Assembly: GCF_009914755.1 (NCBI RefSeq)
Contig: NC_060942.1
Source: the human T2T-CHM13v2.0 reference genome, Homo sapiens
DNA length: 64,000 bases
Reading direction: 5' to 3' (one strand)
Position numbers and translations under genes: made by a program. The number at the start of each line of letters is the position of its first letter. Positions within the stretch are counted from its first letter, which is position 1. Under the pieces are notes generated by a model that worked only from the letters and a program-made list of their open reading frames with translations, did no database searches and was not told the DNA's origin. This document shows, piece after piece, positions 58,591 to 64,000 of this stretch.

Positions 58591-61135
58591 TTAGGTATCT
58601 CCCTGCATGAGATCCAAGGGGAAGTGCAAAATAGCCAGAAGTCGAATCTTTGTCCCAGCCCTCCATAGTTCCTGAAACTCTCCTAAGCCCTGGGTAAGAA
58701 ATTCAGTGGCCTGAATAGCCTGGGGGAGTTGATCTTGTGGAGGATGAAGAGAGTAACAAGGGAGAAGGGGCCAGTTCCACCCCACCCATCCACCCACCGA
58801 CTGGAGTCCCACACAGCACTAAGGAAGCAGGTTCAGTGTCAGAAATCCACCCAGAGTGGGTTGGGGAACAAAGCGAGGTGAAGGAGAGCAGAAGGATGTG
58901 TAGGTGCCTTTTCTGACAAGCCTGACTGGGCAGGAGAGTAGAAGGACAAGGAGTTGAGGGAGGTTTTCTTTCGCCATGGGGGAGACAGAGCGTCTTGATC
59001 GAGGAGCGAGGGGGGAGTCAAGACACGGGAGAGGGGGCAGCTGACCACGGGAGCAAGGCTTGGGGTGTCACAGCAGGAAGGGAGAAGGAAAGGCAGTGAG
59101 AGGAGGCCAGCTGGGAGGCTGTTCTCAGAGCACGGCGCTTGGTCCTCAGGTGCCCGTGAGGGGAAGGCACACAGGAGAGTTGAGAAAAATGAGGAAGGCT
59201 TGAAATAGTCATGGAGAGTGAGGTGGGAATGGGGAAAGAGTTGTTCAAGAAACCCAATAAGACTGCCAGGCCCCGTCCTCAGGCACCGGTTTCTGAATGC
59301 CTTTTTAAATCCCTTTTCCAAACCCTGAAATCATGACTGTTCATTGATGGGGCAGGGAGGTCCCCCAGTGAGGATGCCCTGAAGTAAAGGATCATTGGAA
59401 TCAGCTGGAAATCCCAGTGACAGTGAAGAGGGAAGACTCATCTCCCTCAGACCAGAAGCCACCTCTGAGCAAGGGACAGTGGGGACAGTGCCCCTGGAGC
59501 GAGGGGGGTGTTTCTGAGCGTGGCAAAGGCTCTGTGAAAACACCGTAATTCCAGGGTGGAGAAGTCAGAGAATAACGTAGCCAATGGTGATGGGCTTGGC
59601 TTGCTCCTTCAGTGATTTATTTTCTGTTTATTTTATAAATAAACATTTTATCATAGTCTATTTTTCCACAGACTATGTATTTATATAATAATATGGCAGA
59701 ATGAAAAAAGAGAAGTGACATTTTTATTAACTATTAGCACAAATCTCTGCTTTTTCATGATTGCTTAAGAAAATTAATCTTGGCCTCAATATTTTTCATT
59801 ACCTCCCCTTTAAAGGCTCATGTATCCCCTAATGGCTGTCTCTTCTCGAGGCTGGGATTGCCCAGAGACACACAGGATTACAATGTTAAAAATAAAAATA
59901 GCTGCAGCCTTGTATCTGCACAGTGCCCTGCACTTTCTAAGCCATGTCTCCGGCCTCAGCTAATGTGAGCTTCACAACAGGCTCCTGCTCCATGAGGTTG
60001 GCAAGACAGAGTGGTATTTTTAAATTTTTTTCTTTTTAACCCTCCTTTAACAGGTGAAGAAGCTAGGGGCTGGGGAGAAGTGATTTGCAAAGACTACCCA
60101 GCTAGGGAAAGGCAGTTTCAGCTGGAATTCATCATCGCTGGCTCCTAGGTCAGGGCTCAGAGAGTCAAGGTTAGGATCTGAGGGCAGGAAGCTGGGGCAC
60201 TCGGGGTTGGGCGGTGCAGGCAGGACCCCAGGGAGCGAGCTTGCTCCAGGACACACCAGCGGCTCCTTGGACGCTCTCCTGGCACCAGGTGTTGCTAAGC
60301 GGCCATGGCTGGGTAGGAGCAGAAAGCCTCCCCCACCTCCAGAGACAGTGGCCCCTCTCAGAACGGAAAGCTGCGAAAAGCACCGTGGCTGCCAGGAGAA
60401 CCAGGGGCCCGCCAAACTCAGGTCATCACTTAGACGTGCTCCAGGCAAAGAGCCAAAGAAAAGAACAGTGGGACCCCCCACTCCCCAGAAGCCAGTCCCC
60501 TACCCCTAGACCCGTTCTAGTGACTCACTCCTCCCCAGGGAGTGGTCTTTGGAGGAAATGGCCACGGAGTGCCCCGGAGGAGCTTTGCAGGGACAAACCT
60601 CAGGAAGGTCCCTGGTCTCCAGGAAGGAAAAACAGAGCAAGGATTAAAATCACAACGGTTGGCAACAGCAACAATCTCCAGGGCACGTGGGTGTCTGGTG
60701 AGGGATGTGCAGGAAGTACGATGAGGGGGAAGATGGTGTTTGCTTGGCTGGGATGCAGGAGCCCGTTTTTCCTCTGGCCTGTGGCAGGGACAAGGCCCAG
60801 GGGCCTGCCTGCAACCCAAGAACAAGATCATGCAACCAACTGGCCGGGAGTGATGAACTCATCACATCCCTAGGTGTGAGTACCCACGGATAAGATAATT
60901 CAGATTTTGCTTGCCCCAGGCTAAAATTTTTAAGGACTTATATTTTAGACTTCTCATTCAAAGAAAAGATTGAGACCTGGTTCTCTTCTCTATTAAACCC
61001 CATCTTTGCAGAAAGTCACACATAAGGGAATGACACAAATGGAAAAAAATACAGACATTCACTCATATAGTCTCATTGCCAGGGCCCACCAAACCTCATC
61101 CCAAACCCTCAAAGGTTTTATCCAAACCACATTTT

Positions 61136-62243
<1,108 letters not shown>

Positions 62244-63797
62244 TCAGAATGTAAGGCTCTGTCCTGCTTTACTGGGGCAAGATAGCATTAGTAGACACCT
62301 GACGACAGGTATTTGCACAAGTCCAGAAATGCATTCATCTCTCCCTTTGTCCCTACATTTGCTCATTTTGCCATTCTACAGGCACATGCCAATTGCCCCC
62401 GGGAGCCTGACACTGCTGGCCACAGAGAGTTGCCAGTCACTGCTGCAGGCTCCAAAGGGTCCTCCTTTGCCCAGTACCCCCTGCAGGTATGTGTCAGACA
62501 TACCTACATGCTGAGCACCATGCCAGGATGAAGAATCCAGAGACAAGGGACACATGGCTTCATCATCAAGGAGCTGCCTGTAGTGGGCTAACAATCTCCA
62601 TCCTTCCAGAATAGGCTGAGATTTTGGAAATAGTACAGGTTTTCTTGACCTTCATTCATTCATTCATTCATTATGTATTTCTTGAGAACCAGCACTGCTG
62701 TAAGCATGGGAATACAAAGCGGACACAACAGACATGGTCCCTGCCCTCAAGTAGCTTACATGCTGGTGGTGTGGAGACAGATGATACAACACAAGCTTAC
62801 CACAATCGGCTTATTTGCTCCAGGTAAGCAAATGGAGAAAAACATACAGAAGCAGTTTCTCATGATGCTTTCTAGGAAGACAATAGGAAGAATCAGTGAT
62901 GTACAACCATTGCTGAGTGAGGGAGTAACATCACTCCGGGGAGAGAGTTTGGGTTTAAAAACAGATAAGTAAGGATCTCAGAGTCCAGGGAACAATTCAT
63001 GAGTCTGAAGCAGCCTGGGAAGCCAACCCCAAATAAACGTTCTGGAGTATTCTTGGAGTAAATGTAGGGGCATCTAAGGGACTTGGAAGTGTTTGACACT
63101 CATCCTGGATAAAATGTGGAATTAATGGATTCTAAGGTATCACCTAAAGTTATTTAACTTTATATCTAAACTAGGTTTAAGTTGTCTTAATTTCAGGTGT
63201 GTACATGTCTTTTCTCTCTAATTAACTGAAAATTCCTTGAATACGAAAACCAGATGCATCTTTCCTTCTTTCTCTCCTCCCCACAGCCTTGCACAAGTCC
63301 AGAAATCTGCTCATTTTTTCCCCATGTTCAGACATTCATTCATTCTCTTAATCCACAGGCACGTGCCAATTGCCTGCAGGTGCCTGATGCTGCGCTTGGC
63401 TCCAGAGCGCAGATTCCGAGAGTAACAGGACACATCCTTGCCCCCGCGTGGCTCAAGGGGCCAGGGGAAACAGATTGGCGTAACTACTATTGTGACAATA
63501 CTATGCACAACTGGCCCCAGAGCTGTCCCAGTCATGGAGCTGTGTTGTGGGACACACACGGGCATGTCCCCGCCCCTGGCCCTGGGACACTGTGGCAGTG
63601 ACCACTCCCTCACTTCCTTCAGGTCTCTGCTCCAACGCCCCTTTGCCATGGAGGCCTTCCCTGACCACTCCCCTTCGCTCCCTCTCCCCTTACCCTGCCC
63701 TGTGTTTCTCCACAGCGCCATTACCACCTGACAGTACATTTCTTTATTGTCTTTGCAATTCTGTGAAGCAGAGATCTTGTGCTTGGCACAGATGGTT

Positions 63798-63882
63798 GGA
63801 AGGAAGGAAGGAAGGAAGGAAAGAAGGAAGGGAGAGAGGGAGGGAGGGAGGAAAGGGAAAGAGAGTTAAGAAAGGAAGGAAG
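63798..63882. repeat. (GGAA)/(GGGA) tract at an L2 3' end
   Basis: Low-complexity purine tract following L2-like 63570-63795. Confidence 0.85.
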
Positions 63883-64000
63883 ATACTGTGAGTCACCAAC
63901 CCTGAGCAATCTGAAAAGAGTTTCCCTGGGCTGAGAAGACAGGAACAAGCAGTTCAGGCAAAAGGAACCTGCAAAGTCAAGGAGGCCGGAAGAAACCACA

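Noticed and set aside
60047-60893. Overlapping 100-219 aa ORFs
   Set aside because: GC-rich chance frames on both strands with non-ATG starts and no recognisable domain.

Overview
Primate (most likely human) non-coding, repeat-rich genomic DNA. It holds about 27 Alu/FLAM/FRAM copies of J, S and Y type, old L1M/L1PB/HAL1 LINE remnants, L2/MIR, MaLR LTRs (MLT1, MSTB), DNA-transposon fossils (Tigger2a, MER1A, MER20, MER94, MER5) and a 7SL retropseudogene. I find no intact protein-coding gene; the supplied ORFs are chance frames or repeat translations. Non-repeat signal includes an orphan CpG island at about 14 kb next to a homeobox-motif cluster, enhancer-like AT-rich blocks, and CTCF-type motifs in divergent arrangement (reverse at 14-22 kb, forward at 38-41 kb). 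The most unusual structure is a pair of 192-bp, roughly 80%-identical inverted paralogous segments (52464-52655 and 54441-54632). Their differences imply a CpG-rich, possibly exonic ancestor, and each begins at a splice-acceptor-like site. Repeat subfamily names come from recalled consensus features, not a database search, and boundaries are approximate.
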